A stretch of 64,000 bases of DNA from contig NC_043007.1 of the NCBI RefSeq assembly GCF_006345805.1, positions 54,064,001 to 54,128,000 of the forward strand, given 5' to 3'. Under the pieces are notes generated by a model. That model did not search any database, was not told the origin of the DNA, and worked only from the letters and a program-made list of their open reading frames with translations. How positions within the stretch are numbered: position 1 is the stretch's first letter; each line of letters begins with the position of its first letter. The position numbers and the translations under genes were made by a program. Shown here one piece after another: positions 37,386 to 51,759 of this stretch. The DNA comes from Octopus sinensis. Taxonomy: Eukaryota.

Positions 37386-39062
37386 TATATATATATATAT
37401 AGTGTTGTCTGTAAAGAGGTTCAGTTATTGAAACCACTCAATATATTTTCAAAAATCTTGAGTTTCTAGTTTTGTCTACAAGATTTCTTTTAGAACATCA
37501 GAACAGTCCTGAAAATGTCTATATGTTGCTTATAAGTTTGTGTTCTGTTGAACATACTAGAAAGAATGCTGTGAGTTAAAAATTTAGACAAGTGTAGTAC
37601 ATGCATCAGTGTGGAACAGTTTCTCTGGTGGCTTCCTTTGATGATTATTTTCATGTTGGCTCTACAGCTGTAACATATCTTCACAGGATGGCTATTAGAG
37701 TTTATGAAGCCGTTCCTTTGAAGCCACTGTCTTGCCATGGCTTTATTGTAGTTAAGGGCGGTCGCCCTATCAAAACCGTTAGAAGAGTAGAAATCAGAGA
37801 TTTCATGTTCTTTTCAGCCTTACATACATTCTCAGATACTTCTGATTTCTTTCCTTCCAACTAAACATGCTATCTAAAAACTATATCCTAGGAAGCACCC
37901 TTCACTTCATCTCATGGCACACATCTCATGTTCAATTGGATTGACAATGATAAAATTAGAATTATTTTGTATTGGTTAAAATTGTTTATATACTCAGTAT
38001 TTCTGGTGAATTAACATTTAATGAATGATCCACAACTTCTAATGGGCCATATATTACTTATTCCATTCCAGGTGTTGCAATTCTTGTGCATTTGCTCCAT
38101 ATACCTTAGTGTTGCATAATCTTGTATTGCATTTTTACATTGCTTCCATGCAGAACCAGTGTGAAAAAATATAAATGTCATAATATTTCAATAGAACCAT
38201 CACTAGCACTTTTTATATCACTTAAGTAACAATTTATCTTTTCCTTCCCACAAATTATTTTTTTTTACTTTATCTAATTCTATGAAATTTCAGGCTTCTT
38301 CCAAAATTCGAGAGATTCTGCAATAAGAACCAAATTAACAGCATAAAATAGTTTTCAACAGCATTCATTCTCATTACTTTTATTTTCACCTTGCTCTCTT
38401 ATGTTGTCTGTAGACATGCTGAAACAGGACTGACTTGGGGTTCAAATGGTAACAACATTTGGCCCTTTCTAAATCTTTCTTTTAGTTAAGTTTAGTTAGT
38501 TGTTTTTTTGTTAGAAGTGATTTTGCTATTATTTCATCAAAATTACAGTATCTCAGTAGCTTGAATGCAGTTAGAATTATTTTCAATTTTACAGTCATGA
38601 ACATTCATATACCAACTTCCAGGAACGTGTTTAATATATATAATTGATATATCCAATAACATTACACTGCTATATTTTGTTAGTTGTTTTTTTGTTAGAA
38701 GTGATTTTGCTATTATTTCATCAAAATAAGCAATGAGTTTGTGGATAATTAATGAGTTGGATGTGTGCTGTTGAAGGAGCAAACACTCCTGAAATATGAT
38801 ATATATGCCCATTATCCATTTTTCATCTTTGATCTTATATCAGACATCTTGGATACAAAACATCATAACAAAATCAGTGCTGGCTATAAATTCTGTAGAA
38901 AATCTGTAGAGATAAATTGACAAGTGATATAATAGCAATGCTAACACAATATAAACTTAAAAAACATTTAATATACTTTGAAGTATATTATGGTTTGCAT
39001 AATGAAATATGGTATCTCTACACATCATTAATATTAATTATAAGCTATTTTATTATTTTCAG

Positions 39063-39257
39063 GAGGTTGAACCTATGGGAAAAGAAAGTGACCATATTCA
39101 CATAACAGCACTGACATCTGCTGTTGGTATTCCTGTTCGAGTAGAATACATGGACCGTGGTGAAGGTGGTTCTGTCAATCACCATGACTTTCCTGAAAAC
39201 TCCAAACCTACAATTACACTTTTATATAGGCCTGGCCATTATGACATTTTATATTGA
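39063..39257 (+). CDS. OTUB1: Otubain last coding exon (catalytic His/Asp motif and stop)
   Basis: TTTTCAG acceptor, phase 0. EVEPMGKESDHIHITALTSAVGIPVRVEYMDRGEGGSVNHHDFPENSKPTITLLYRPGHYDILY*. Confidence 0.96.
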   Translation, partial: EVEPMGKESDHIHITALTSAVGIPVRVEYMDRGEGGSVNHHDFPENSKPTITLLYRPGHYDILY

Positions 39258-41259
39258 GACAATTTTTCCATTTAACTTGTAATTTATCTGCTATAAAACA
39301 GAAGCTCCCATCCCTAAAGATAAATGTCATCAATAGCTGGAGCAGCTGAAAGATTCATCACTTCTTTTCATCATTCTGCTTCTTTATTTTCTTTACTGTT
39401 GTTACAACAGCCACCAGATCAAGATTTTTCCCTATACTTACTAGGTGTAATTCTTTTCATTCTTCAGTGTTTTTTATTTCTACCCATTTTATAAACATTA
39501 AAAATAAAATTGCTGATATTAGACTTATTAATTCAAGTAAAATACAAATTAATTTCTTTGAATAAAATGAAAGAAAAGTTAATAAAACAGATAGCTTTAA
39601 TATTTTTTTCTGATAAGTAGAATGGCAAAAAAAAAGTGCCTTGCACTCTCCATCATTTCATTCACCCTTTAAATAAAAAGGATTTTTCGGCTCTTTGTGT
39701 CATGATACTCATTTGAAATTTACTTGTATTTAATTTTCTCTTTTCGAAAGAAACTAACTTCATCTGTGCTCTCTTCAAGGTATGATTATTTTATTTTGAT
39801 CTTATGATATCAATTTTGTTTTTGTATCTAGTTTGCAAGATTTGTTATGTGAATTTGTGTGTCTAAATTTTGTTGTGTCTAGGGAGAGTCATTATGTTAA
39901 TACATACACACACACACAGAGAGCAAGATTTCAAGCAGACAAACATGACCTCCGTAACAGAATAAATCAAAATTCATTGAAAAGGTTGCAAGTAGCAGCG
40001 AAAGACCTTTGACAGACAAAAACAAAACAAATGATTTACTGTTTAACCAAATTAAACAAATAATTGAATAGTTAGTTGGATATTTAAATCAGTTGGCTAA
40101 CAATAAAGGAGTCAAATTGAACCAGTGCATGTGTTAATAATATTGGCATAATTATTCTCCCTAGACACAACATAATACCAATGTTATTTAGGATGTTTTT
40201 TCTCTCTCCTCTTCATTCTCCAATCGTTAATATCAGTAACAGTGATAGCATAATCTGCAATATGTTATACAAAAAAGAATGTCTGGATTGTGAGTCCTAC
40301 TTCAAACTATTTCTATGAAGACACACTAGGTTAATTACACTAAAAATATCTTATTTTTATGATTAGCAATTGTTGGCTTCTCTTTGTTCTTTCATTAAGC
40401 ATTTTGTGACCCTTTGCCAAATTCACAATGTCATATTTTCCACTTCCCTCTGAAGTTTACTTGTTCATTATCAACGAAATGGAACATCTTAAATATGAGC
40501 TCAGATTTGCAAAAATCAAATAATAAATACTTTCAAATTTTAGAGGAGGGGATACGTTGATAACATCAATCCTCAATGTTCAGCTGATACATATTTTATC
40601 AACCCCAAAAGATAAATGCAGAGTTGACCTCAGCGGAACTGGAATTCAGAGTTGGAAGAAATGGCACTGATCATTTTGTCTGATGCTTTAATGATCCTGC
40701 CAGCTCACCACCTATAATAATAAGATAACAGGAAGAAGCCCCGCACTGAATAACAACATGGATGTGCTACACCAGGCTCCTCATTCCAAAACAAATCTAA
40801 TCCAATAACATCAATGGAATTAGATAAAAGAACCTGTGGAAGACTCGAAGGAAGCAGTCTTTTAATGAAAATAATTTTTAAAAAAACCAAATTTTACTGC
40901 CAGTTTCTCCTATGCACAATGTCTCAGTGAAACATGTGAAATCAACACTGGAAAGTTTACAAATTATAAAACAGAAATGGAACAAAACAGTAAGTACATA
41001 AATTGAGTAATTACTCATACACTCAAATGTCTACACAATCATACATACATTTTGATACCCATAGGACTACACATACATCTCAATGCTTACACAACTATGT
41101 GAAATTTACAAGACACACATTTACGCATATGAAAACACGAAACGAAAACAAATCTTTTTATTTTTTTAGTTCTTATTTTTCGAACTAACACAAAGTGAAC
41201 TATTCATAAGTTCAAATCGTATGCTGAGAGATAAATCTATCAACAAAAAAATACAAATG

Positions 41260-44200
41260 AATGCAGATCTGTTAGCCTTAAGAAACTACATTACGAGCAG
41301 TGTTTACATGCAGAGAACTCGGTGATGGTTTGTCTCAAAAAATTGACCCTAAACAGACAAATCTATCCCCTAATGTCAGTGTCGAAGCTCGTCATGCCTC
41401 AATGATAACAAAGCAAATTACAAACCAGATTAGTCATTGACGTACTCAATATAGATCTGTTAGATCTGTTAGCCTTAAGAAGCTATGTTACAAGCAATGT
41501 TTACATGCAGAGACCTCGGAGACGGTGTTGTCTCAAAAAATTAACCCTAAACAGACAGATCCATCCCCTAATGCCAACGTCAAGGCTCGCCATATCTCAC
41601 TGTTAACAAAGCAAAATACAAACTGGAATGGTTATCAACCGGATTACAAAGGGCCACATACTCGAATTATGAAGCAGATTCAATACAAAAAATCAGCTAC
41701 TGGTTCAAATTGTCCTGACACACAGGAGCTGGAAGTACCCTACAACTGGAATATTCCAACAGATGACCATCCGTGCTCATCATCAAATAACCAAAAGACA
41801 AAGAATGAAAAATGGTCTTACGGCCTTCTGCCATACGATATATATTCCCCACAAATAAATCAAATAATGTACAAATCTACTTAAACTGGAGACAGAAACA
41901 CCTTGAAGTAAGACCCTACATAGACAGTAACAAACTTGTCAACATCAGTAGAAACATTATGAAAAAAAAATTACTAACTGAAGTAGAAATTGATCAAATT
42001 AAACAAGCAGTAAGGGACAAAAAGAACGAAACTGCAGCTAAAGAAGATACTACAGGGCTGATGGAAATGCAGTAATGGTTGAAAGAGTTAATGTAACTGA
42101 TAGGCAAAGTGAAATACTCTCTGAACCAACAATAAACACTAAAGCAGATGAAAATCAAATAGATGAAGGAAGTCACGCACAAATTGACCCAGCAGAACTA
42201 CATGATCTAAAAAATAAAATCATGATTGAATGGGTGAAAATTAAAAAACATGATACTCTCCCAAAAATTCGCAATTCAAACCAAATCCTGAAAATAATTG
42301 GTAAATAATTGCATTTAAGGATATAATTTCAGCTAATGGTGTTGATATTACAGATTTCAACCATCTGTACGATGCATTTGCGAAAATCTCAATGATTCTG
42401 TGTGGTGAAAAGATAAGAAAACAACAACATTCCCACAAAAAGCCTTCTTGGCAAAAGTGTATTCAACACCAAATTAAGCTAGCTGCTTGGGTCTGATATA
42501 GAATGTTTGAAAAACCTTAAGTATGACAAGACTATCAAACCTACAAAAACCCGAAAGTGCTAAAGCTGCCCGCATAGCAAAATATGAAAAGCGCGTTCGA
42601 TTCTTTAAGGACAACAACATGTTCAAAAATAATTCCAAAAGTTTTTACAGGAAGATAGGGAAGATACCAGTTACAATAATGTCTGTGCAGGAATATTGGA
42701 ATATAATTTGGGCAGAAGAAAAAACACACAATGAAAAGGCCCCTTGGATTGATAGAATATCTACAGACTTAGACTCCTTAGAGGAGCAAAAGTGGGAGGG
42801 TGTCAAGGTAGAAGATCTACTCTCAGGTCAAGCAAATGGAAGTCTCCAGGAAAGGATAAAATACCTAACTTCTGGTTGAATGCCTTCCCAGAGAGCCATG
42901 AACTGCTAACAAAACTTTACCACGATGTTTTGCAACATCCTAGTATGATTCCCTCTTGGCTAGTTAATGGTTTAACATTCCTACTTCCAAAAAATGGAGA
43001 AACAAATGAACCAAAAGATTATCAATCCATAACCTGCTTAACAACAATGTATAAAATGCTAACATCTGTCCTGATTGAATATACCTATAGTTTCTTAATA
43101 GAAAGTAGCATATTCCCTAATGAGCAAAAAGGATGTTAATGTGAATCTTATGGTTGTAAAGATCAGCTGCTCATCAATAAGATGATCTTAAAAGATTGTC
43201 ACAAACAACACAAAAACTTGACAATGGCCTGGATAGACTTTTAAAAAAGCTTTTGATAGCCTACCACATAGCTGGATTAACAAATCTCTGGAAATGTATA
43301 AAATAGCGCCTACTCTGCAAAACTTTTTGTCTGTAAGCATGAGATCATGGAGAACATCACTGACTTTGAACAGTGACAATGAATCTCTAAATGCAGGAGA
43401 TGTAAGAATTTCATGTGGCATTTTCCAGGGTGACTCACTATCACCACTCTTCTTTTGTCTAGCCTTAATACCTCTCTTAAAATTGCTCAATGATGCACAA
43501 TACAGTTATAAAATGTTTGATAAAAATATAAATCATCTCATTTACATGGATGATTTAAAGCTCTGCAAAAAATGACCAACAACTCCAGGGCTTACTAGCG
43601 ATTATTAAACAATTCAGTGATGACATCAGGATGCAATTTGGCCTCGATAAATGTGCAAAAGCTACCTCTATCAAAGGTAAAATGAAAGAAACATCTAATG
43701 TTAACCTTGACCGGCAGAATGTCATAACAGAGTTAGAGACAGTGGGGAGCTACAAATACCAAGGGAATCAAACATTCAGTGATAAGGGAAAGTATCAGAA
43801 GAGAATATTATCACAGGGTCAGAGCAATACTCAAGAGCTGAATGCAAGAAACAGGATGGAAGCAATCAATGCTTTAGCCATACCAATTGTGACTTACAGT
43901 TTCAATATCATTAACTGGTCAATTACTGAAACATGTAATCTTGACAGAAAAATATGAAAACTGTTGACAATGCATAGAATGCACCACCCTAAGGCAGATA
44001 TAGATCAACTTTATCTGCCAAGAAAAGAGGGAGGCCATGAATTTTAACAACTGGTATTAACAATGAAGATTGCCACATTCGGCCTGGACACCTACCTGAA
44101 AAACTCTGAGGACTGGATGTTAAAACTTGTCTCAAAACATGAAAACAAGAAAGCATCATACTCAGTAACAAAACAGGTAAAGGAATATCTAAGTGAATTC

Positions 44201-45270
44201 TAAATACAACAAATTCCAGAATTAGATATACTAGAAACAAGCGCAGACAAAGCTAAGCGCATGAAAACCCGTGCTAAAACTGCTGCCTTAGATATTCTGA
44301 CTGATAAATGGCAAGAAAAACTTCTCAATGGCAAATACCCAAAGAGAGCGAATAATGCCAATGTTGACAAAGCCCTTACCCATCAATGGCTAATGGCTTA
44401 AAATCAGAAACAGAAGGGTCTATCATAGCAGCCTAAGATCAATGCCTACCTACAAGGAACTATTAGGCCAACATATTAAAGAACAACAGCTTCCCAACAT
44501 GTCGTGTATGTCAACAACAAAATGAAACCATTGGTCATATTGTCTCCATGTGCAGTCTTCTAGTGCCTACAGAATATCTCAACATGCAAGATAGAGCTGC
44601 ACAATATATTCACTGGGTAATTTGCAAAAATCTGGACTTGCCCCATGATAAAAACTGGTGGGAACACAAACCATCTCCAGTGCTTGAAAATGGCCACATC
44701 TCACTTCTCCGGAACTTCACCATTCAAACTGACAGAAAGATAGATGCAAATAGGCCAGACATCATATTGAAAGACTTCTGATAAAAATCTTGCCTATTCA
44801 TTGATATGACTGTCCCAATCGATATAAACATATCTGTCAAGACCTACCAAAAACTGAGCGAGTATAAAGATCTTTAAATAGAAATTAACAAATTGTGGAA
44901 TCTGAAGACTAAAACAATACCTGTTGTCATAGGTGCTCTAGGAATGATAGCAAAAGGGGCTGATTATTACCTAGCTCAGATACCAGGAAACCCTAAAATG
45001 GAAGAAATTCAAAAGATAGTGCTCATGGGAACTATGTAGTCTCAAATTTTAAAACAAACACATAATTTTCTTCTGGTTTCTTAAACATTCTCTAGAACAA
45101 CGCTATGGACAAGACCAAATATATGGCACCCTAAGCATAACATCAATATGAACTTCTAACTTGTTGTCTCTTGAGGTCTCTGGATGAGACTTGGAGCCAA
45201 CTTGTATAAATGCAAAGCAAAAGTCAAACATAATAATAATAATAATAATAAAAATAATAATAATAATAAT
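41260..45270 (+). mobile_element. Degenerate near full-length R4/Dong-clade non-LTR retrotransposon (RT + CCHC + RLE), (AAT)n tail
   Basis: Fragments KSPGKDKIPNFWL, YQSITCLTTMYK, GIFQGDSLSPL, HLIYMDDLKL, CRVC..ETIGHIVSMC, NRPDII..DMTVP; many stops and frameshifts; (AAT)n at ~45230-45270. Confidence 0.9.
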
Positions 45271-45289
45271 GGATGTATAAGTTTTCAGC

Positions 45290-45538
45290 TTTTGCCAAAT
45301 GACCTGCACAAATGATTTGTTTATAGTGATCAAATGTGTTGCCTGAAGAGGTGCATGGTGTATTGTGACATTGCCTGAAGAGGTGCATGGTGTATTGTGT
45401 GTCAGGTGTCAAAGTGATCACAGAGCAATTTGAGGTGAAGCGGTTTTGCTCAAGAACACAATGCACCACCCAATCTAGGAATTCAAATCATGATCTCACA
45501 GTCATGAGTACAATACCCTAACCACTAGGCCACGCTTC
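45290..45538 (-). mobile_element. Second tRNA-derived SINE family (relic)
   Basis: Reverse complement begins GCGTGGCCTAGTGGTTAGGG..; GTGTTCTTGAGCAAAAC core. Confidence 0.65.
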
Positions 45539-45726
45539 AGGTGACTCCTTAACCTTCATAAGCTTGGGCTAATTTTGGTATTTCTTGAAGCCAACATTGT
45601 TTGCTCTTATATTTCTATTATTCTCTGTTACATAGATTGTTTGATGTATTAGAATGAATCATAAGCACTCAATTAAGATGCCATGTTTATTTTCTGCAAG
45701 AAAAAATTTCCATGTCTATGATACAA

Positions 45727-48700
45727 CATCATCATCATCATCATCGTTTAGCGTCCGCTTTCCATGCTAGCATGGGTTGGACGGTTCAACTGGGGTCTGT
45801 GAAGCCAGAAGGCTGCATCAGGCCCAGTCTGATCTGGCAGTGTTTCTATGGCTGGATGCCCTTCCTAACACCAACCACTCTGTGAGTGTAGTGGGTGCTT
45901 TTTACGTGCCAAACGGAGCTGGCAAACGGCCACGGACGGATGGTGCTTTTTATGTGCCACCGGCACGGGGGCCAGGCGAGGCTGGCAACAGCCACGATCG
46001 GATGGTGCTTTTTACGTGCCACCGGCACGGGGGCCAGGTGAGGCTGGCAACAGCCACAAACGGATGGTGCCTTTTACGTGTCACCGGCACGGAGGCCAGT
46101 CAGGGCGGCGCTGGCAACGGCCACGATCGGATGGTTCACTTACTTGTCACCGGCACTGGTATCACAGCCGTAATTTCCATTGATGTTGATCGACTTCGAT
46201 TTTGGTTCTACTTTCTGATATCTGATTTGATTGGTTTGATTTTGATTTTGATTTTCACTTGCCTCAACGGGTCTTCACAAGTGGAGTTTTGTGTCCCAAG
46301 AAGGAAAGGTATGTATAAGTCGACTGGCTACATACCAGGTAGAGGCCACGGGTTATGGTCTCACTAGTCTTGCCAGGTCTTCTCACGCACAGCATACTTC
46401 CATAGGTCTCAGTCTCTAGTCATTTCCTTGGTGAGACCTATAGTTCGAAGGTCGTGCTTCACCACCTCGTCCCAGGTTTTCCTGGGTCTACCTCTTCCAC
46501 AGGTTCCCTCAACTGCTAGGGTGTGGCACTTTTGCACACAACTATCTTCAGCCATTCTCGTCACATGACCATACCAGCGCAAACGTCTCTTGCACACCAC
46601 AACTGATGCTTCTTAGGTCCAACTTTTCTCTGTCGATTATGAACACTGACATTACACATCCATCGGAGCATACTGGCTTCATTTCTTGCAAGCTTACGCA
46701 TATCCTCAGCAGTCACAGCCCATGTTTCACTACCATGTAGCATGGCTGTACGTACACACATGCATCATACAGTCTGCCTTTTACTCTGAGCGAGAGGCCT
46801 TTTGTCACCAGCAGGGTTAAGAGCTCTCTAAACTTTGCCCAGGCTATTCTTACTCTAGCAGTTACACTTTCAGCACACCCATCCCTGCTACTGACTTGGT
46901 CACCTAGGTAGCGGAAGCTATCAACTACTTCTAGTTTGTCTCCCTGGAACATGGTAGAAGTTGGTCTCTGCACATTTTCAGTGTTTATTGCTCCTGAGCA
47001 TCTGCCACAGACAAAAACTATTTTCCTAGTTAGCCTTCCTTTGACATTGCTGCACCTCTTATGTGTCCATAGCTTACACTTGGTGCACCTTATAGAGTTT
47101 CTACCTACACCTTTTTTACAGATCAAGCAGGGCCATCTACCTGAAGTCGTTTGTGATTGGTCTACCTTCCTACTTATTAGGACTTTGGTTTTGGCTAGGT
47201 TGATTCTAAGGCCCTTCGATTCTAATCCTTGCTTCCACACCTGAAACTTCTCCTCCAGTTCTGATAGTGACTCAGCAATTAGAGCAAGGTTATCAGCATA
47301 GAGGAGCTCTCAGGGGCATCCTGTCTTGAATTTCTCCATTATTGCCTGGAGGACTATAATAAATAGGAGGGGACTGAGGACTGAACCTTGGTGGACCCCA
47401 ACCTCTACTCGGAATTCTTCACTCTACTCGTTGCCAACCCTCACCTTACTAGCAGCATCTCTGTACATGGCTCGCACAGCTCTCACTAACCATTCATCTA
47501 TCCCTAGTTTCCTCATTGACCACCAGATAAGGGATCGGGGGACCCTGTCAAAGGCTTTCTCCATGTCAACAAAAGCCAGGTACAGGGGCTTATCTTTGAC
47601 TAGGTATTTCTCCTGCAGCTGTCTTACCAGGAATATAGCATCAGTAGTACTTTTCCCTGGCACGAACCCAAACTGCATCTGATCTAAGCTAACTCTCTCT
47701 CTCTAATTAGTTGGGCTATAACCCTCTCTGTAACCTTCATTACCTGATCCAACAGCTTGATACCCCTGTAATTATTTGTATCTAGGGCATCACCTTTACC
47801 TTTGTAGCAGTTGACTATTATGCTGCTACACCAGTCATTGGGTATGACTCCTTCATGTATCACCTGGTTAACTATACGGGTGACTAGGCTATAGCCGACA
47901 CTACCAGATATTTTGAGCATCTCTGCAGTAATTCCTGATGGGCCTGGGGCTTTCCCTGTTTTCATGCTTGTAATTGCCTTAACTACTAAGGAACTGTCAA
48001 CTCGGATTGCTGGTCCCTCTGTTGGGTCAACATTTGGCAGACTCTCTTTATCCCATTCATTTTCCTCATTCAGCAACCTTATATATTGGCGTCTCCAAAC
48101 CTCTCTCTTTGCATCCTCATTTAGCACAAGTGAACCGTCATCCTTGCGAACACATTTCTCTCCTACCACGTCACGATTCTCTCTCACACACTGTCTTGCA
48201 ACACGAAATACCTCAAGTCTTTCATCCTCACAGCGCAGAACATTGGCAAATTTTTTCTTATCTGCTTCCCTTCTGGCTAAATACACCTGCCTCCTAGCTT
48301 CTCTTCTGGTAGTCTGATACACTTCCCTGCTACCACCGTTCTTCCAGTCCTTCCAAGCCTGTTTCTTTTGTCTAATAGCCCTGTCAACAATATTGTTCCA
48401 CCACCAAGTTATTTTGGGTCTTGAGGGGACTTTGCACCAGCCACAGATCTGGTCAGTGGCCTTCAGCAGGTTGTCCCTCAGAAGCTTCCAGTTGTCTTCT
48501 ACCCCATGTGTAGCTATACCCGCTTCTATTTCGTCAAAGGCTTCAAGTAACATGACTCTAAATCTCTGTCCATTCGCAGGGTCTTTAAGCTTCCAGACCC
48601 TTCTTCTCCATGTTGGTCGTCCTCTTAGTCCTGATCCTAAAGTCACCAACTACCAGTCTATGTTGTGGGGTACATTCTTCGCCTGGGAAGGTTTTGGCAT

Positions 48701-49500
48701 TTATAAGCAGCCATCTTTCCCTTTTTCTGGCAAGGATGTAGTCGATTTGGCTAGTATGCTGGCCCGATCGGTAGGTGACCAGGTGGCTTGTCGGTTTCTT
48801 GAAGTTAGTGTTGCAAACCATAAGACTATTCGCATCGCAGAACTCCAGCAGCCTGGTTCCCTCCTCGTTGCGGGAACCATAACCGTAGCTTCCATGTATG
48901 CCATGGAAGCCCCCAGCATGTCGTCTAACATGCCCATTGAAGTCACCAGCCACAAAGAGAAGGTCCCTGTCATCCGTCAATGAGGTGGTCTGCAGTAGGG
49001 TGTCATAGAAACTGTCTTTCTATCCATCGGGTAGCTGAGGGGCATAGACCGATATAATGGTTGCTAATCTATGATGAAGCACTATTCTAATCTTAAGTAT
49101 TCTGTCACTTATTCTGATTACCTCAAGTACCTTATCTACCAATTTTTCAGCGAGAAGTATACCCATGCCTCCAACCCCGTCAGTGTTTCCTGCCCAGAAA
49201 ATCTTGTACCTGTGTCCTTTGCCTGTGAGGAACCTAGCAGAACCACCTCTCCACCTTACTTCTTGGATGCAACATATATCAACACATCTCCATTCAAGCA
49301 TCTCAACAATCTCACCAGACCTACCTTTCAGTGTGCCTACGTTGAGAGTGCCAACCCTGAGGGTGTGGAAGGTATGGGCCCTAGAGGCCCAGGGACGGGG
49401 AGCAGTGGCGTCATGTACCTGAAAAGAAAGCTCGCATTTGGCAGAATTCATAAGCAAAGCAATGATCTTAAGTTCAACCTGCTACACTACACTATCATGT
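45727..49500 (-). mobile_element. Near full-length but inactivated RTE-clade LINE (APE-RT with PHD finger, repetitive 3'UTR, (GAT)n tail)
   Basis: ORF pieces 49020-49457, 48585-48980, 47684-48649, 47424-47678, 46713-47240; in-frame stops and frameshifts; YADN instead of YADD; ~60-bp tandem units at ~45880-46150; (CAT)n on + strand at 45727-45745. Confidence 0.93.
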
Positions 49501-49869
49501 TTTGCGCCGTATGGTCACTACCTTATATAGTAGGGGTGGTATTGGCTTAAGGCCTTTAGGTGTTCATGGAAGAAAAGCAAAGGAAGACAAGATGAGATGA
49601 CTTCCGGTACAGGTGGAGGGGAGGGTGGGCGCCACCGTTCACTGGGAACGATGGGGTAGGAATTTAAGCGACAAAAAGACCGATAGATGAGGCACAAAGA
49701 CAAGATTTGAGACGAAATGCTTTGTGGTCGTGTGAATAAGTTTCTATGAGTGAAAGGTATATGTTGTGGAGAAATGCTTGAGCTAGCATTTGAGACGAAA
49801 GACAACGATAATAAGAAAGAGGAAACAATAAGGTTTTATGGTGATAATACTCGCAAAAAAAAAACAATG

Positions 49870-51148
49870 GATACAACACAGATGTTATCTACCTCGACTT
49901 TGCCAAGGCATTTGACAAGGTAGATCATGGCATCCTGGGTCACAAACTTCGAAAGCTAGGAGTAGGAGGAAAAGTTGGTACATGGATACATGAGTTCCTT
50001 ACAAATAGAACTCAAACAGTCACTGTGAATGGAACCCATTCAACACCATCACCTGTGACCAGCAGTGTTCCTCAGGGTACAGTACACGGCCCAATCCTGT
50101 TTCTCATCCTCATCTCTGACATAGATGAAGATACAACCAGCAATGTCTCATCCTTTGCTGATGACACCAGGGTCATGAGACAAATCAAAGACGAGGTGGA
50201 TACAGAGGCCTTACAAAAGGACCTGACCACCATATATAAATGGCAGGAAACAAACAACATGTTGTTCAATGATAAGAAGTTTGAACTAATTCGCTACGGA
50301 ACAGATCAAGATCTGAAAAATACAACAAACTACAGAAACCCATCAGGACAACAAATAATGGAAAAACAGTATGTGAAAGATTTAGGCATCCACATGGGAA
50401 CCAACCTAAAATTCAGAGAACACCTTGACTCAGTCTGTCTTACTGCAAGAAAGTACAGCGGGTGGATCTTGCGCACCTTCAAATCAAGAGATACCTCAAC
50501 AATGAAAACCCTCTGGAACAGTATGATACTTCCGAGGATTGACTACTGTTCTCAGTTGTGGTCACCAACAACAAAGGGCCAACTATCTAAGATAGAATCG
50601 CTCCAAAGAAATTTTACCTCATACTTCTCAGAACGAGGGACCTGGACTATTGGCAAAGACTCAAAACCTTGAGGATGTACTCAATAGAAAGAAGATTTGA
50701 GCGATACCGAATTATATACATTTGGAAAATGATAGAGCAGAAGGTGCCAAACTTTGGTATCAAAACCTACCACTCACTGCGCCACGGAAGATGCTGCCAG
50801 CTGCCACCAATCAACAAAAAGGCTGGCCAGGCAGCAAAAACCCTGCGAGAATCAAGTCTGTTGGTTCGAGGAGCACAACTGTTCAACTCCATTCCGGTAC
50901 ATGTCAGAAATCTATCAGGATGCAGTGTGGAATCATTCAAATTGCAACTGGATAGATACTTAAGCACCATTAGAGATGAACCCCATCTCCCAGGATATAC
51001 ACAACGAGCACAAACTGACTCAAACTCGCTCCTACACATGTCAAAATTAAGCAGAGAATACAACCTGGCAACCACACCAGACTCTGAGGGTGGAGTCTTC
51101 GACTTGGCCTGAGCATGGACTCAAACCCAAATGAAATGAAATGAAATG
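49870..51148 (+). mobile_element. 5'-truncated CR1/L2-group LINE, second family, (AAATG)n tail
   Basis: YLDFAKAFDKV, SVPQGTVHGP, FADD, YSIERRFERY; one frameshift near 50630; stop at 51110-51112; AATG at both junctions. Confidence 0.9.
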
Positions 51149-51759
51149 AAAGGAGGAGCAAGTCGAAAACTTAAAAATATCTTAGCTGCTATTTTTCATC
51201 CTGAGGTTCGTGTTTCGTGTGTTACAGCCAGGGAAGTAAGAATAGGAAGGAAGGGTCAAGCCACGTGCATTGGTTTTTATAGGGGAGGGGGTGCGGAGAG
51301 GGTGAGTAGGAAGCAGGGCATATTGGCTAGGCCTGTGGAATCGAGAGAAAGAGATATATACAGAGAGAGAGAGACAGTGATAACAGAGAGGGAGAAAACG
51401 ACACGAAACCACCAAGCGACAGAAAGACAAGATTTGAGACGAAAGAAAGAGGAAACAATAAGGTTTTATGGTGATAATACTCACAAAAAACAATGAAAGG
51501 AGGAGCTAGTCGAAAACAGGCAGTTGTAAATGCTTCTTGAGGCCCTATGCTACTCTTAGAGGGTGTTCAATATCAAGGATGCATAGGAGAGAGAACCTAC
51601 TCCATGTAGGCTCTTTCTAAAGAGGACCAAACATCCAAGTTGACAGTATGGTTGATAGAGATATGGAGGTAGGAAAAGCAGCTGGTTCATCTGGAGGAGC
51701 TTAAAACATCTAGCAGAATAGATATGGTTTAGTGTAAGTTCCTATACTTATCATTTGTC

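Noticed and set aside
38490-38730. ~50-bp direct repeat pair
   Set aside because: Small local duplication in AT-rich intron with no further structure.
39880-40175. Inverted GTTGTGTCTAGGGAGA repeats downstream of OTUB1
   Set aside because: The same motif recurs at ~28370, so it is most likely a degenerate MITE; termini and TSD could not be defined.
45777-46367. 196-aa GC-rich ORF
   Set aside because: Antisense reading of the tandemly repetitive RTE 3'UTR.
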